Source: Bacteroidia bacterium
GTDB lineage: Bacteria > Bacteroidota > Bacteroidia > NS11-12g > UBA9320
Length of the DNA stretch: 64,000 nucleotides
Assembly: GCA_965216465.1 (NCBI GenBank)
Contig: CBDCFW010000005.1
Span: 512,001 to 576,000 of the forward strand
Direction of reading: 5' to 3'
The notes beneath the pieces were generated by a model. That model did no database searches. It saw only the letters and a list, made by a program, of their open reading frames with translations, and had not been told where the DNA came from. The position numbers and the translations under genes are program-made. This document shows positions 50,230 through 61,000 of this stretch, in pieces. Positions within the stretch are counted from its first letter, which is position 1, and each line of letters begins with the position of its first letter.

Positions 50230-50715
50230 ATGCAAAAAAGCGACACAAAAAAACTTGTTAATCTCGGAATAACGTTGCTCAATGAACGACAAGAAACAAT
50301 GGGTTATCTATACTCCAGCGTCAGAAATGCGGTAACAATATCAGACCCTACAGAACGAACAAGAATTCAACAGAATCTAAGTAACTCTGTGGCATTTATT
50401 GGTATTGCCCATATAATGACCATTGTAGAGAAGTCTTTTAATGAAAAATATTGGTCATCCGTTTTAAGCAAAGATGATTGTATGCGTTTGAAAGCGTACA
50501 AACATATAAGGGCCTGTACAATCAATGGTCTTACTGGGGATAGAGTCCTAGAGTGCAAAATGGATTTCACTTCAGTAATGAAATCTCCCAACCCAATTAA
50601 AGGCATACGTAGATGGAGTTCTAACAAGATAGAGATTGAAGAAAGTCTCCTAACTGATTCCATTCAAGATATCCGCCAAATTATCGACAAAGCCATAGTC
50701 TCAATTAATAAGTAA
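50230..50715 (+). CDS. Hypothetical protein, possible degenerate HEPN
   Basis: Helical protein with HIRACTING where Rx4H would fall; start 50173 or 50230; TAACTTTG at 50158-50165. Confidence 0.5.
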   Translation: MQKSDTKKLVNLGITLLNERQETMGYLYSSVRNAVTISDPTERTRIQQNLSNSVAFIGIAHIMTIVEKSFNEKYWSSVLSKDDCMRLKAYKHIRACTINGLTGDRVLECKMDFTSVMKSPNPIKGIRRWSSNKIEIEESLLTDSIQDIRQIIDKAIVSINK

Positions 50716-50718
50716 GAA

Positions 50719-51690
50719 ATGAGTAGTAGCAACAAGACGTTTCTTGGTTTCTGGCCTACTAGGGAAAACTTTGGTGAAATTAGCCTTATAAACATTAACA
50801 ACGTAGGGATTCCAGATAAGAAATCAAGGGATCAACTAAAAGAAACAATTTACTTGAAACCAAGTGCGAAATGGGAAATAATTGTTGCTGTTGACTACAT
50901 GGTCCTATTACACCTGAGGGATCTTGAACACGAATTGCATATAGAACGAAATCAAAACAAAGACAAAATCAACTTCAGTATGAGAGGAACGATGGCAGCG
51001 TGGCCTGTATATCTCGAATCGCTAAATGCAATATACTTTTTACTTTTTGCTGCAATGTATACCGGCAGAAACTTAAGCTATCTTCATGATTTCTCTGAAA
51101 TAACCCTATGGGACTGCTCAAGATTAATTTATAATCAACATAACAAACCGTTAAGACATGCCCACTTCGGACGAAAGTCAGAACATTATCTCAGGAGATT
51201 CGGTGAGTGCATTTATAGTGCTCCAATCACCTTGTCACAGATAGACAAGCGGGTATTTGATGACATGGCACATTATTGGTCTACTATTTACAACCTTAAA
51301 CTAATTAAATTTACATCAGTAGGTACTAAAATTCTTTATGAGCACAGAATAAAGAACTTCAATGCCTCGGTTACAACAGCTTGGTTCGAGATTGAAAATT
51401 GGATTACTGAGTACGCTCATGTGATTGGAGTTCCTCTAACAGACAAAGACAATAATTCCCTTGAAATCAAGCGTCTTATTAACAAATTCCCTTTAGGAAC
51501 AATGGTTTCAAACTTAAGTTCTGATTTACATGCCGTAAGAATTGCTCGAAACAATATTGCTCATTCCAATTCTGCAGCGTCATTTAATGATTCACAACTT
51601 GCGATAACATGCTTTATGAAAATTTTCAACCTAAAAACTGGACTGCCTTTGAACATAGACTTCAATGCGCCTCCTATCTTCGGTCTATAG
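50719..51690 (+). CDS. Protein with C-terminal HEPN-like RNase motif
   Basis: AWFEIE...RIARNNIAHSN (Rx4H). Confidence 0.65.
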   Translation: MSSSNKTFLGFWPTRENFGEISLININNVGIPDKKSRDQLKETIYLKPSAKWEIIVAVDYMVLLHLRDLEHELHIERNQNKDKINFSMRGTMAAWPVYLESLNAIYFLLFAAMYTGRNLSYLHDFSEITLWDCSRLIYNQHNKPLRHAHFGRKSEHYLRRFGECIYSAPITLSQIDKRVFDDMAHYWSTIYNLKLIKFTSVGTKILYEHRIKNFNASVTTAWFEIENWITEYAHVIGVPLTDKDNNSLEIKRLINKFPLGTMVSNLSSDLHAVRIARNNIAHSNSAASFNDSQLAITCFMKIFNLKTGLPLNIDFNAPPIFGL

Positions 51691-51780
51691 AGAAAATAAG
51701 ACATGTTTCAATTCTGATATCAACCATGAAAAGATGAGTCTATCATATTGATTACCTTATGATTTCATCAATACCTTAAA

Positions 51781-51870
51781 TTCTGTATTGTAGTCTGATT
51801 ATCTGCCTGTTACAAAACTCAGTTGGTAATATCTCCCGTAATCTCCCCTCCTACCTACATGCTTAAATAA
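51781..51870 (+). repeat. Degenerate copy of the mnmE-end / left-junction sequence (att-like)
   Basis: TTCTGTATTG, then CTGATTA..CCTG and AATCTCCCCTCCTACCTACATGCTTAAA, resembling 38472-38550 (CTGATTACACCTG; AATCCACTCCCACCAACAATTCTTAAA). Confidence 0.6.
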
Positions 51871-52063
51871 GCCACAGAATCTCCTGATCCAGAGAGCATT
51901 AGATCTCAGCGCAATGCAATCCTTTTGGCACCCAAAGAAGAGATAACAGCGAAATGATTTTGAAAATCCGTTGGTTAGAGATTGGGTTTACTTTCCAGAG
52001 TAGAAAGTGACATTCAAAACCTCAACTCATACTCAAAACCACTAGAGATAAGGTTGCTCAGCA

Positions 52064-55000
52064 CTACTGAGCAACCTTAACCAAATATCTGTAATATACA
52101 GTTCCTCCAATCTCAAATCGTACATTATACAACCCAGCACTTAGCGCACTTAAGTCTAAATGAGTAATATTCTCTGCAGCCACGTTAGTCTCTGTAACCA
52201 AGCTAACTCCGTAGTTATTTGCTACTACAATAGTCCCTGTTTGGCCGGCATGCCACCCTTTTGCTACCTCATCCAACTCAACACTCAACATTGCTTGCGT
52301 TGGGTTCGGCGCTAATAGTAAATGAGGAGATTCTTGAATCTCAACTGTATAGAGCTGCTCGTCTAAATCATCAAATTCACCATTAGTATTGTCTATTGAT
52401 ACCGACCCTGCACCAACTACATTATTTGAAGCATCTCGTTGCTCAATTCCTAATTCATAATACTCGTCATCAATATTGTCCCAGCCATTAGCGGGATCAA
52501 ACATCGGGGCAAAGAAATAAACGTCATTATCTGGAAGACTTAAATTATTAATACAATAGTTCCCAATTTGAGCAAAAGCAAAGATATCACCTCCCATATG
52601 GACAATATGTGAGTTCTGAGGCAAACAAGCAATCATTGGACTTATGAGTCTTTCCTCGACACGAATTGCAAAATCCCAATTGCTGAAGAAATTTGAATCC
52701 ATATCTTCAATACAAATTGAGACCAATCCTCCATTTACTGAACTTAGTCTACCGAAACCGATCCAAGAACCACCCATATAATCGATTTCTCCGTCATTGT
52801 CATTATCAACGAGATTACTTGTGTCTGAATCTACTACCCAGATGTTCTTTGTCGCTATGTTATTATTCCCAATAGCATTGTACTTAGCGTGCACTCCAAA
52901 TGCTTCATTCCTACTCATTCTGTGCGGGTAATCTTCACAATGTTCTAATCTCGCCAAAATACACACACTCAATCTATCAAAATCTCCAGCTTTATTTCCA
53001 TTTGCATCCTTTGGATAGTAATGAGCAGGATTGGGCGGATACCAATCATAGAATATGTTTAAACTATCTCCAGGAGCAATTGGAGGAACCATAATAGCGG
53101 CGGAGTTTATTCTACTTCCCATAGGGAAACTATCACTCAATGGGTCATTCCAAAATTGATTACCAATGGTGTCTAACCACCTTAAATCCCATTCTTCATT
53201 ATTTATCTGTCCAAGCGTCCAATAAAGATATAGAGGGGTCCTAACTGTCGGAACTGAAGCTCTGTTTCTAACTTTTATACCTAATTGATTTGGACTTAAA
53301 TTCTTAAACTCACATTGTTGATGAACAAGACCATTGTCAGAATTAACTCTATTCCAAATATCAGGAGATCGAACAATATCATAATGACTTGAATCTGGAT
53401 TAGGCTCTGTTCCATTGTCTTTCCAGCTATCCCTAATCCAAATATCTCCTTGAATATTAGTAAATAATAAGGCCTTCCTAGAATACACCGTTCCGCAACT
53501 TGTTGTAACCTTGAACCTAAATGTATCTGTAAGATTATAGCTTGAGGACTTATTAGATGTGTAGGTATAGGTCATGCCATTAACCGTTCCCAGTTCTGTG
53601 AAATCTGGATCTCCAGATGCCCTAAATTCTGCCTTAATTACTGCCTGTGTAGAAGTCAGGTTTCTTAGCTCAAGATCAAATTGTATTTGATCACTCGAAG
53701 GATCACAAAGAAGTACATCTTCTGGTTGCTTTGTAATATAAATGCCCGGCTTAATCTCCAATACATTGGAGTAGGTCACACAGGTAAAATAAGGAATATC
53801 TAACTTTCTTCTATAAAAAGAAATTGTGTCTTGATGCAAGATTGTATCGTAGAAGGTGTGATTCGTATATCCGGTTCCGCTACTACCAGTTTTCATAATA
53901 CTCCAACTAGCATTATCAGATGAAGACTCCCACACATAGGTCAAAGAATTATTGCCAATGTTAGAGTAGAGAGAATTACCCTTTAGGTGAATGCTATCAC
54001 CTCCTGTGCAAAACTCTATTTCATCTGTCCAAATTGTGTTGCTTTCAAATACACGTGCAACATTAACACTGTTACTATACGATTCACAATCCCCAGACTT
54101 CACAAGTCTTCTATAATAAGTTGAAAACGAAGGACTTAAATAAAAATCCCTATTTGTAGCACCAGAAACAATACTATAATCGGTACCATTTGACGACGAA
54201 TACCACTGGTAAGAATAATTACCTGTTCCTCCTGAAGGGTCTGAACCGTGAATCACCGAATTTGAATCAACTTGACAAAAAATTGTTGAATCAACAGAAA
54301 TTGTATTTTGAATTGGAGTATGCACAGTAACTTGAATTACAGAAGTATCTGAGCACCCAAAACTTGAAGTACTAATCAACTCTATTGATCCATTTGTCGT
54401 AAACTCTGTTAGAATACTGGTGTCCGTAAGTATTCTAACAAGTGTTCCATTCGAAACACTCCAATTAAAGGATTCACCCAACCTTATTGGAGTTGCAGAG
54501 TAGGTGTATTGCTCGTTTGTGTAGCAAATTTGTCGATCTCCTAAAATATTCGGAGCAGGAAGTGGTTCTAAAGAGAGTTGCTTCGATACCGTATCCCCAT
54601 CAACAATTAAACTCACAGTATAAATCCCTTGACTATTATAAGAATGGCTCGGATCTTCTAAAAGGGATGTATCTCCATCACCAAACAACCACTTCTTTGA
54701 AAGATTACAGTATTCCTCTGTATTAAATTGCACTTGAGTACAATTGGTTACGCTAAAATCAAAGTCAAGCTGAGAATCAATCTTCTTTTTTACATCAAGT
54801 GAAATTGTATCGACACAACCTGTCACAGAATCAGTAATAATACACTGAATCTGACCATTTCTTGACCAGACTGCATATGCAATATTAACTGAGTCAATTA
54901 GTGATGAATTGCCAATAGCACTCCACTGGTAGGCAAAACCACTATTATAAGGTAAGCTATACTGAAATGATGTGCTGTCATCACAGTTTACTGTTACACC

Positions 55001-58000
55001 AGTCATAACTTTATCTGCTGCACCAATACCAATAGTAACAGTTTTTGTAACAGTGTCTTTACCCACTATGAGTTTGACTGTATATGACCCGTCACTAGCA
55101 TACGTGTGAAATGGATCTTGACGATATGAATCTGTTCCATCGCCAAACATCCAGTAATGTCCAGAATCGCAATAATTAAAGGTCTCAAACTGAATATCAG
55201 AACAGTTAATCGCAGTATAACTGAAATCAACATCAATACTATCTGACCAATAAACATATTTTGTGACAGAGTCAATACATCCAGATTGTAAGTTTGTCAC
55301 CACTGCCTTTATATAACTAGCGGTATCTGACCAAAACACATGAACTTTCTTGTTCTGATAATACTCATCTCCTCCATCAACTATCCAAATGACGCTATCT
55401 TCCTTGTTTTTATCAAAGTCAGTGTAGTACTCATACTCAATGGAGTTATCGCACAACACTTCCCTTCCATATATTTTTAATTCACCTATAAATCCAATTT
55501 CGACTTCTTGACTAATTGGATCTCCATCAACTATTAACACGACCGTGTATATACCTTCATCAGCATAAGTGTGACTGGGATTTTGAAGTTCAGAACTATC
55601 ACCATCACCAAAGAACCATTTAAACGAGTTCGCACAACAAGTCTTAGCTCTGAACTTGACTTCAAAGCAAGAAATTCTCTCAACAATAAAACCTTCATTG
55701 GTTAATAGGGGAGGATCTGCATCTATGAAGTTTGGTAAACCAACCTTACATATCCCTCCATCATTCCCGACATTTAATACTGGTCCAACAGCTTGAAATT
55801 CACATTCGTTGGTATTGGTAACACGCTCATTAGGTTTATTTACTACGGCTACATATGACTGATTATATGCTGTAACATATATCTTACCATCTGGGGCCAC
55901 CTGTAAAGCTCTGAAGTAACTTCCAATATCTTGCTCCTCAAACTCAGCTACAGCTCTCCTTGAACCGAAAACATCTTGACTCTGTAAATCATATTGATAC
56001 AGATAGTGATAGAAATTGGAGTCTATAATATTGCTTCCGCTTCCCTTATACTTTGCCCCGCTGATATACATCAGCTTACTATTTGGACTAAATGTTACTC
56101 CATACAGTCTATCACTGTTTTGAAGAGAGTCATTGAACTTTAATGTTAATGAGCCATCTGCACGACAGAATTCATACAAACTGTTCAATACCCAAACATA
56201 TAATCCGTCGGGCGAAAACTTGATAAATCCTGTATGAGAGCTATTTTGATTGGTATAAATGCTCTGTCGGTGCGAAAATCTTACCCCTGTGTCGCTGACC
56301 ACATAGAACTCAACATAATTAGTACCTCCAGAACCAGCAGGATTAGTCGTTAGTAGCCAGAAGGTACTGTCATCACATCGCTTGATAGCCGAAATTGCCT
56401 CACTAGGCCCAGCAAGATTACCTAAAGTATCTCGAATTGTGTCGTTTCGTAATGTAACCGATCCGTATTGAGTTCTTACTGGATTATAGACAATCAAGTC
56501 TATTAAATTTCTGTTAAATACACTCTGTAAGTTTCCAACAGAACCAACAAATGCACGTGTAAACAAATGCAATTTGCTGGTATCTGAATTATAAGGAATT
56601 ACGATCATACTCTGTGCACTGCTACTGCTTCCGTCGATTTCAGAATTTGTCATTGCCCTAAATCTGTGTCCATACACATCTAAACCATTAACCTCAGCAC
56701 TTGATACTGATTGACCTCCTGCATATGCCTTCAAATTCCCTGAACTATCACTATATGATGTGCTTCCTTCATAGGATTGAATGTTTGGAGCATTTGATCT
56801 TGGACCAGTAGAGCGTGTCACCTTGTTATCGTAGAAATGAAGACCAGCATGGTCTCCAAAAAGCCAATTTGCCTTAGTACTTTCCATTGGACTGCACTCA
56901 ATAACCTGAACGTTATAAGGGTAGACATAAGTTTTATTGCTTGAACCCACACTTATTGTAAGTTTTATGTCGTAAGTTCCTGTATCAATATTTGCTACTG
57001 TATATTGATATAAGCCAGAACCAATAGTTGAGCTATAACTTGTTTGCCATTTCTTTTTGTACTCCCATTTATAGGTCACCCCAGTTCCAAGATTATATGC
57101 TTCAAACCAAGCATCATCTCCGTAGCATACTAAGTTAGATCCAACAAACCTTGCAACCCAAAAACAACTGTCGCTATCTACGGTATTTACACTTCTAGGA
57201 TCTGCCAATTGACTTCGATAGGTGTGTAGTGTTGAGAGCATCACACTCAATTGGTCATTGGTGAATTGCTTGCGACAAGCATCTGAGGTGTAACTCATCA
57301 AATTGTATACTGCATCATAATCAGAACTATCTGGACAAGAGTTGAGCGTAGGGTTACAATTAGTTATTTCACCTTTACTTTGAGCTACATCACAGCATAG
57401 ATCCCCACTATCTTTACAGTTAGGATATGTACTGCCAGAACATTCTTGCTCCCATGGATGGAACAGACCTAAATAATGACCGACCTCATGAGCTAAAAGA
57501 TCTCCTTCATTTCCGTTCCGTATTGGAGTTCCGTAATTGTAATGTCCAAATACGTCATACTCCATTACTGTACCTTGAGCAATACTCCCTATCGTAAAAG
57601 GATAACTTGAATATCCATCTACGGGTGTAGTACCTCCTGTTTTACTCAACACCTTATTAATCACATAAATATTCAGATACTTACTTTCATCGATATTGTA
57701 TTCTTGCCGAATTAAATCAAAACTGTCCTGATGAAGACTCATTTGATAAAATCGAGATGATGAATGCCGATATATTGTATCCAAAAAGAATTGTATTCCT
57801 GTATTTATACTGTTAATGTCATCGGCAAACACATTGTTCAATTGATTGATCTGGTTTACTATTTGAGAACTATTGATATTCTCATTTGATCCAATGTTAT
57901 TATTAGGGTGATGTACTACGTGAACGATTACAGGAATAATATAATTAGTTTCTACACATCCATTACCTGTGCCACCTGTTAAGCTAAATATACCTGAGGG

Positions 58001-58186
58001 TATATTATGTGGCCCAAGGTTTGTTGATCTCCAATGATTAACACTTGCACTATGAGCAGATTTCACAGAGGGCTCAACTTTGTTATTCTCAATCAAAAGA
58101 TCAAGCTGCTCATCGCTAGCACATGGATTTTGAGAAAAAACAGAAAAACAGATTAAAAGAAAAAGAATGGATAATAGTGATTTCAT
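52064..58186 (-). CDS. 2040-aa T9SS-secreted M43 (pappalysin-like) zinc metalloprotease with beta-propeller and PKD domains
   Basis: IPVIVHVVH, HEVGHYLGLFH, NLMSY Met-turn; repeated WxFGDG...PSHTY; C-terminal LAPNPT...LSAGLY. Confidence 0.88.
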   Translation of the reverse strand: MKSLLSILFLLICFSVFSQNPCASDEQLDLLIENNKVEPSVKSAHSASVNHWRSTNLGPHNIPSGIFSLTGGTGNGCVETNYIIPVIVHVVHHPNNNIGSNENINSSQIVNQINQLNNVFADDINSINTGIQFFLDTIYRHSSSRFYQMSLHQDSFDLIRQEYNIDESKYLNIYVINKVLSKTGGTTPVDGYSSYPFTIGSIAQGTVMEYDVFGHYNYGTPIRNGNEGDLLAHEVGHYLGLFHPWEQECSGSTYPNCKDSGDLCCDVAQSKGEITNCNPTLNSCPDSSDYDAVYNLMSYTSDACRKQFTNDQLSVMLSTLHTYRSQLADPRSVNTVDSDSCFWVARFVGSNLVCYGDDAWFEAYNLGTGVTYKWEYKKKWQTSYSSTIGSGLYQYTVANIDTGTYDIKLTISVGSSNKTYVYPYNVQVIECSPMESTKANWLFGDHAGLHFYDNKVTRSTGPRSNAPNIQSYEGSTSYSDSSGNLKAYAGGQSVSSAEVNGLDVYGHRFRAMTNSEIDGSSSSAQSMIVIPYNSDTSKLHLFTRAFVGSVGNLQSVFNRNLIDLIVYNPVRTQYGSVTLRNDTIRDTLGNLAGPSEAISAIKRCDDSTFWLLTTNPAGSGGTNYVEFYVVSDTGVRFSHRQSIYTNQNSSHTGFIKFSPDGLYVWVLNSLYEFCRADGSLTLKFNDSLQNSDRLYGVTFSPNSKLMYISGAKYKGSGSNIIDSNFYHYLYQYDLQSQDVFGSRRAVAEFEEQDIGSYFRALQVAPDGKIYVTAYNQSYVAVVNKPNERVTNTNECEFQAVGPVLNVGNDGGICKVGLPNFIDADPPLLTNEGFIVERISCFEVKFRAKTCCANSFKWFFGDGDSSELQNPSHTYADEGIYTVVLIVDGDPISQEVEIGFIGELKIYGREVLCDNSIEYEYYTDFDKNKEDSVIWIVDGGDEYYQNKKVHVFWSDTASYIKAVVTNLQSGCIDSVTKYVYWSDSIDVDFSYTAINCSDIQFETFNYCDSGHYWMFGDGTDSYRQDPFHTYASDGSYTVKLIVGKDTVTKTVTIGIGAADKVMTGVTVNCDDSTSFQYSLPYNSGFAYQWSAIGNSSLIDSVNIAYAVWSRNGQIQCIITDSVTGCVDTISLDVKKKIDSQLDFDFSVTNCTQVQFNTEEYCNLSKKWLFGDGDTSLLEDPSHSYNSQGIYTVSLIVDGDTVSKQLSLEPLPAPNILGDRQICYTNEQYTYSATPIRLGESFNWSVSNGTLVRILTDTSILTEFTTNGSIELISTSSFGCSDTSVIQVTVHTPIQNTISVDSTIFCQVDSNSVIHGSDPSGGTGNYSYQWYSSSNGTDYSIVSGATNRDFYLSPSFSTYYRRLVKSGDCESYSNSVNVARVFESNTIWTDEIEFCTGGDSIHLKGNSLYSNIGNNSLTYVWESSSDNASWSIMKTGSSGTGYTNHTFYDTILHQDTISFYRRKLDIPYFTCVTYSNVLEIKPGIYITKQPEDVLLCDPSSDQIQFDLELRNLTSTQAVIKAEFRASGDPDFTELGTVNGMTYTYTSNKSSSYNLTDTFRFKVTTSCGTVYSRKALLFTNIQGDIWIRDSWKDNGTEPNPDSSHYDIVRSPDIWNRVNSDNGLVHQQCEFKNLSPNQLGIKVRNRASVPTVRTPLYLYWTLGQINNEEWDLRWLDTIGNQFWNDPLSDSFPMGSRINSAAIMVPPIAPGDSLNIFYDWYPPNPAHYYPKDANGNKAGDFDRLSVCILARLEHCEDYPHRMSRNEAFGVHAKYNAIGNNNIATKNIWVVDSDTSNLVDNDNDGEIDYMGGSWIGFGRLSSVNGGLVSICIEDMDSNFFSNWDFAIRVEERLISPMIACLPQNSHIVHMGGDIFAFAQIGNYCINNLSLPDNDVYFFAPMFDPANGWDNIDDEYYELGIEQRDASNNVVGAGSVSIDNTNGEFDDLDEQLYTVEIQESPHLLLAPNPTQAMLSVELDEVAKGWHAGQTGTIVVANNYGVSLVTETNVAAENITHLDLSALSAGLYNVRFEIGGTVYYRYLVKVAQ

Positions 58187-58349
58187 ACGGTAAGGAATTT
58201 TAGGTTTTCAATCTTGAGTTTTCAATTCAAAGACTGTGTCACGAATCTAACATGAATTATTCACCTCTCCAAACCTAGGTCTGTTTGCTTTATTTTTGAA
58301 GTAAATTTTGAAAGCATCTATTCTACACCTTCGATGGTCTATTGAAAAT

Positions 58350-60470
58350 ATGAAAGTTCTGCAAATGATACTTGTGGTTTTTATCTCTATTGGTAACGTA
58401 AAGTCTCAATGTCCAGAAACCAACCCTCAATGCAATGCTGCGAATCATTGGGTTTTTGGAACCAATATTCACCTCGAGTTTGAAGGTGACAGTGTCCTTC
58501 AACATCGAATTTCCGGCGTCGATTGGTTGGAAGGGACAACGAGTTTCACTAAAGACAGTTCGCTATGGTTCAGTTTTGAACAAAGAGCTATCGTAAACAA
58601 TAATACAAATGCACAAATGATACCTTACGAGTATTATGGCTCTGAATCATCAACTCAAGGCATTTTGTTTCTTCACCATCCAGAAGATTCTGTTTATTTC
58701 TCTTTTTTATCTGAAGGGTCTAGTGGCGGAGGATTCACAAGTAAAACACTATTCACTGCAGTTGGCTTGATCGATAGTTTTATAAGATTGCCATTCCATG
58801 GAGGTCAAAAACAACATGCTGTAAACCATCAAAACTCCAGAGACATTTGGTACGCAAATCATGCAACAACAGGTGATAGTACTTTCTTTTTTCTCATCAA
58901 AAAAGATGGAATGTTAGAGTGTCCTGTAGTTACTCACTCAGACAATGATTATTGGACATGGGCTGCAACTCAAGGACAAATGAAATTTAGTCCTGACGGA
59001 AGGTATTTAGCAGAAGCTGCAAATAATAATCCCTTTTCATTTGCAGTCTATAAAACTAATTTAGAATATCCTAGGTTAGATAGTGTTTATGTGTTTTCTA
59101 AAGGTTTTGGGCCTGATTATAGTAAAAACTGGCCTTTTGGGTTAGAATTTAGCCCTAGTGGGAAAAAGGTTTATCTACTTGCAGGAAGACAAGATCCTGA
59201 TTTTCCTCCAGTGCTATATCAAATTGAAATAGACAGTCTTCAAAATGACACACCAGGAATTGGCAACACTTGGCATTCGCTTGATAGTTTTTTTAATGTT
59301 TATGAGGGTTGTTTACAACTCGCTCCAAATGGCAAAATTTATCACTCTATCCCTTATAAGAACTATTTAGGAGTAATTAACCGCCCTGACTCTTCAGGGC
59401 TAAAATGCAACTACATTCGTCAAGGTCTTCCTCTTGATAGTGGAGGTCAAGGGCAGTTTGGTGTTCCGACATTCAATCAAAGCTATTTTTATACTCCAGC
59501 GATAGACTTTGCTTATGAAGAGAACTGCCAGACTAATGAATATGAGTTTTGGGGAAGAGACACGTTTGGAGCTACCAATCACTTATGGCTTTTTGAAAAG
59601 GGGCCAATTACAGATACGATGAGAAACAAATCAGGATTGTATTTATTTAAAGAGACCGGAGTTTACAAGGTGACCTACTTTGCATCAAAAGGAAGTAGGT
59701 CAGATACAATTACTAAAAGTCTTACTGTTCGACCAAAACTTAGCCCTAACTTTCTTGGGCCAGATACTTTTTATTGTAAAGGAGAAAGCTTTACATACAC
59801 CTTATCTGCTCCGAAAGATCTTCACTGCATCCATTGGAACGGTGAAGAACCGTACAGCAATCTATTTGGAGACACTATGATTGGTTATGACAATTTCTAT
59901 GGGCATATACAAAAAAATAGATCATATGTAATAGATACAGCTGGAACGTACACAGCACGGATTACTAACAAAACATTTTGCAGAGCTTGGGACACTGTAA
60001 AGGTTATTGAACATCCATTGCCTCAAACACCTGTAGTTACTCGTAGTGGGAATTGGATTGAAACTAAAACAAACGCAAACCAATACAGGTGGTATTTTAA
60101 TGGTCAATTGTTAGAAGGGGAAAGCAACAAAACCATCAATCCAGACACCAATGGTTATTATCAAGTTCAGTTGATAACTGAATATGGTTGTGAAAGTGTT
60201 TTAAGTGATAGTTTTTTGGTAGACTTTGCTAGGATTGATCGCATAGACTTAAATACTGACTTTAGAATTTATCCAAATCCAAGCGTAGGCACTTTTTACG
60301 TTGAAGGAATTGTAAACGACTTCAAGATTGAAATCTTCGATATGCATGGTAGATTAGTGTTGCAACAGCAAAACAACCCAAGATTCAGATTGAATGTTGC
60401 AGGAAGCTACACTGTTCGAATAGTTACCTCTGAAGGCGCGCACTCATCAATAGTGGCTGTTATTGATTAG
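58350..60470 (+). CDS. T9SS type A-sorted beta-propeller/PKD protein
   Basis: Probable start 58350; NHWVFG, MKFSPDG, LQLAPNGKIY, GVPTF; C-terminal IYPNPS...IFDMHGRLV. Confidence 0.8.
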   Translation: MKVLQMILVVFISIGNVKSQCPETNPQCNAANHWVFGTNIHLEFEGDSVLQHRISGVDWLEGTTSFTKDSSLWFSFEQRAIVNNNTNAQMIPYEYYGSESSTQGILFLHHPEDSVYFSFLSEGSSGGGFTSKTLFTAVGLIDSFIRLPFHGGQKQHAVNHQNSRDIWYANHATTGDSTFFFLIKKDGMLECPVVTHSDNDYWTWAATQGQMKFSPDGRYLAEAANNNPFSFAVYKTNLEYPRLDSVYVFSKGFGPDYSKNWPFGLEFSPSGKKVYLLAGRQDPDFPPVLYQIEIDSLQNDTPGIGNTWHSLDSFFNVYEGCLQLAPNGKIYHSIPYKNYLGVINRPDSSGLKCNYIRQGLPLDSGGQGQFGVPTFNQSYFYTPAIDFAYEENCQTNEYEFWGRDTFGATNHLWLFEKGPITDTMRNKSGLYLFKETGVYKVTYFASKGSRSDTITKSLTVRPKLSPNFLGPDTFYCKGESFTYTLSAPKDLHCIHWNGEEPYSNLFGDTMIGYDNFYGHIQKNRSYVIDTAGTYTARITNKTFCRAWDTVKVIEHPLPQTPVVTRSGNWIETKTNANQYRWYFNGQLLEGESNKTINPDTNGYYQVQLITEYGCESVLSDSFLVDFARIDRIDLNTDFRIYPNPSVGTFYVEGIVNDFKIEIFDMHGRLVLQQQNNPRFRLNVAGSYTVRIVTSEGAHSSIVAVID

Positions 60471-60626
60471 CTGTGTAGAGATTTCTCTTTTGCTACAAAC
60501 CATAGTCAACGTTACTCGTCATGCAGATGCTTTAAGAGCCAAATTCCGTGTACCTTCAGTGTACATCAGGCGAACACACACAAGTGCATCTTTCTGATTA
60601 TCCGATGCTTGCGAGATTTTGTTACT

Positions 60627-60644
60627 TTCTGTATTGGGAAGTGA
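60627..60644 (+). repeat. 18-bp copy of an mnmE 3' end (att-like)
   Basis: TTCTGTATTGGGAAGTGA encodes FCIGK*, versus TTTTGTATTGGTAAATGA at 38472-38489. Confidence 0.8.
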
Positions 60645-61000
60645 TCTGCCTGGGATCTACTGGAGATATCACGACGAAATGATTCTAAAAATCTGATGGT
60701 TTGAAGTTCGATTTACTTTCTGTGATAGAAAGCCGCAATAAAATACTTAATTACCTTGCCCCAAAAAACTAACTCATGTTTGAGGAGTAAAAGCCCTAAA
60801 CATTTGGGTATTAACATATACAGCTTAAGGGATAACAGCTTTGGGGAAACATATCCTTTTAACATTCTACAAAGCTTTATTTCTCATTTTGTCTATCTTA
60901 GATGCGGCAGAACCTGATTCGCCGGCCCTAAATGTTGTGAAGATTTCTCATCTTCGATGTTTGGTCTTGCCAGGTGCTAGACACCACTTAAAATCTAAGC

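Larger units (their letters stand above)
38490..51790 (+). mobile_element. Module 1: integrative element (int, two xis-like HTH, primase-helicase, iterons, defence cargo)
   Basis: Gene content; right boundary TTCTGTATTG at 51781 followed by sequence resembling that after the mnmE stop. Confidence 0.7.

Noticed and set aside
50048-60732. Classical integron with attC sites
   Set aside because: The repeats lack the RYYYAAC...GTTRRRY attC organisation, and the integrase resembles Bacteroidota island integrases rather than IntI
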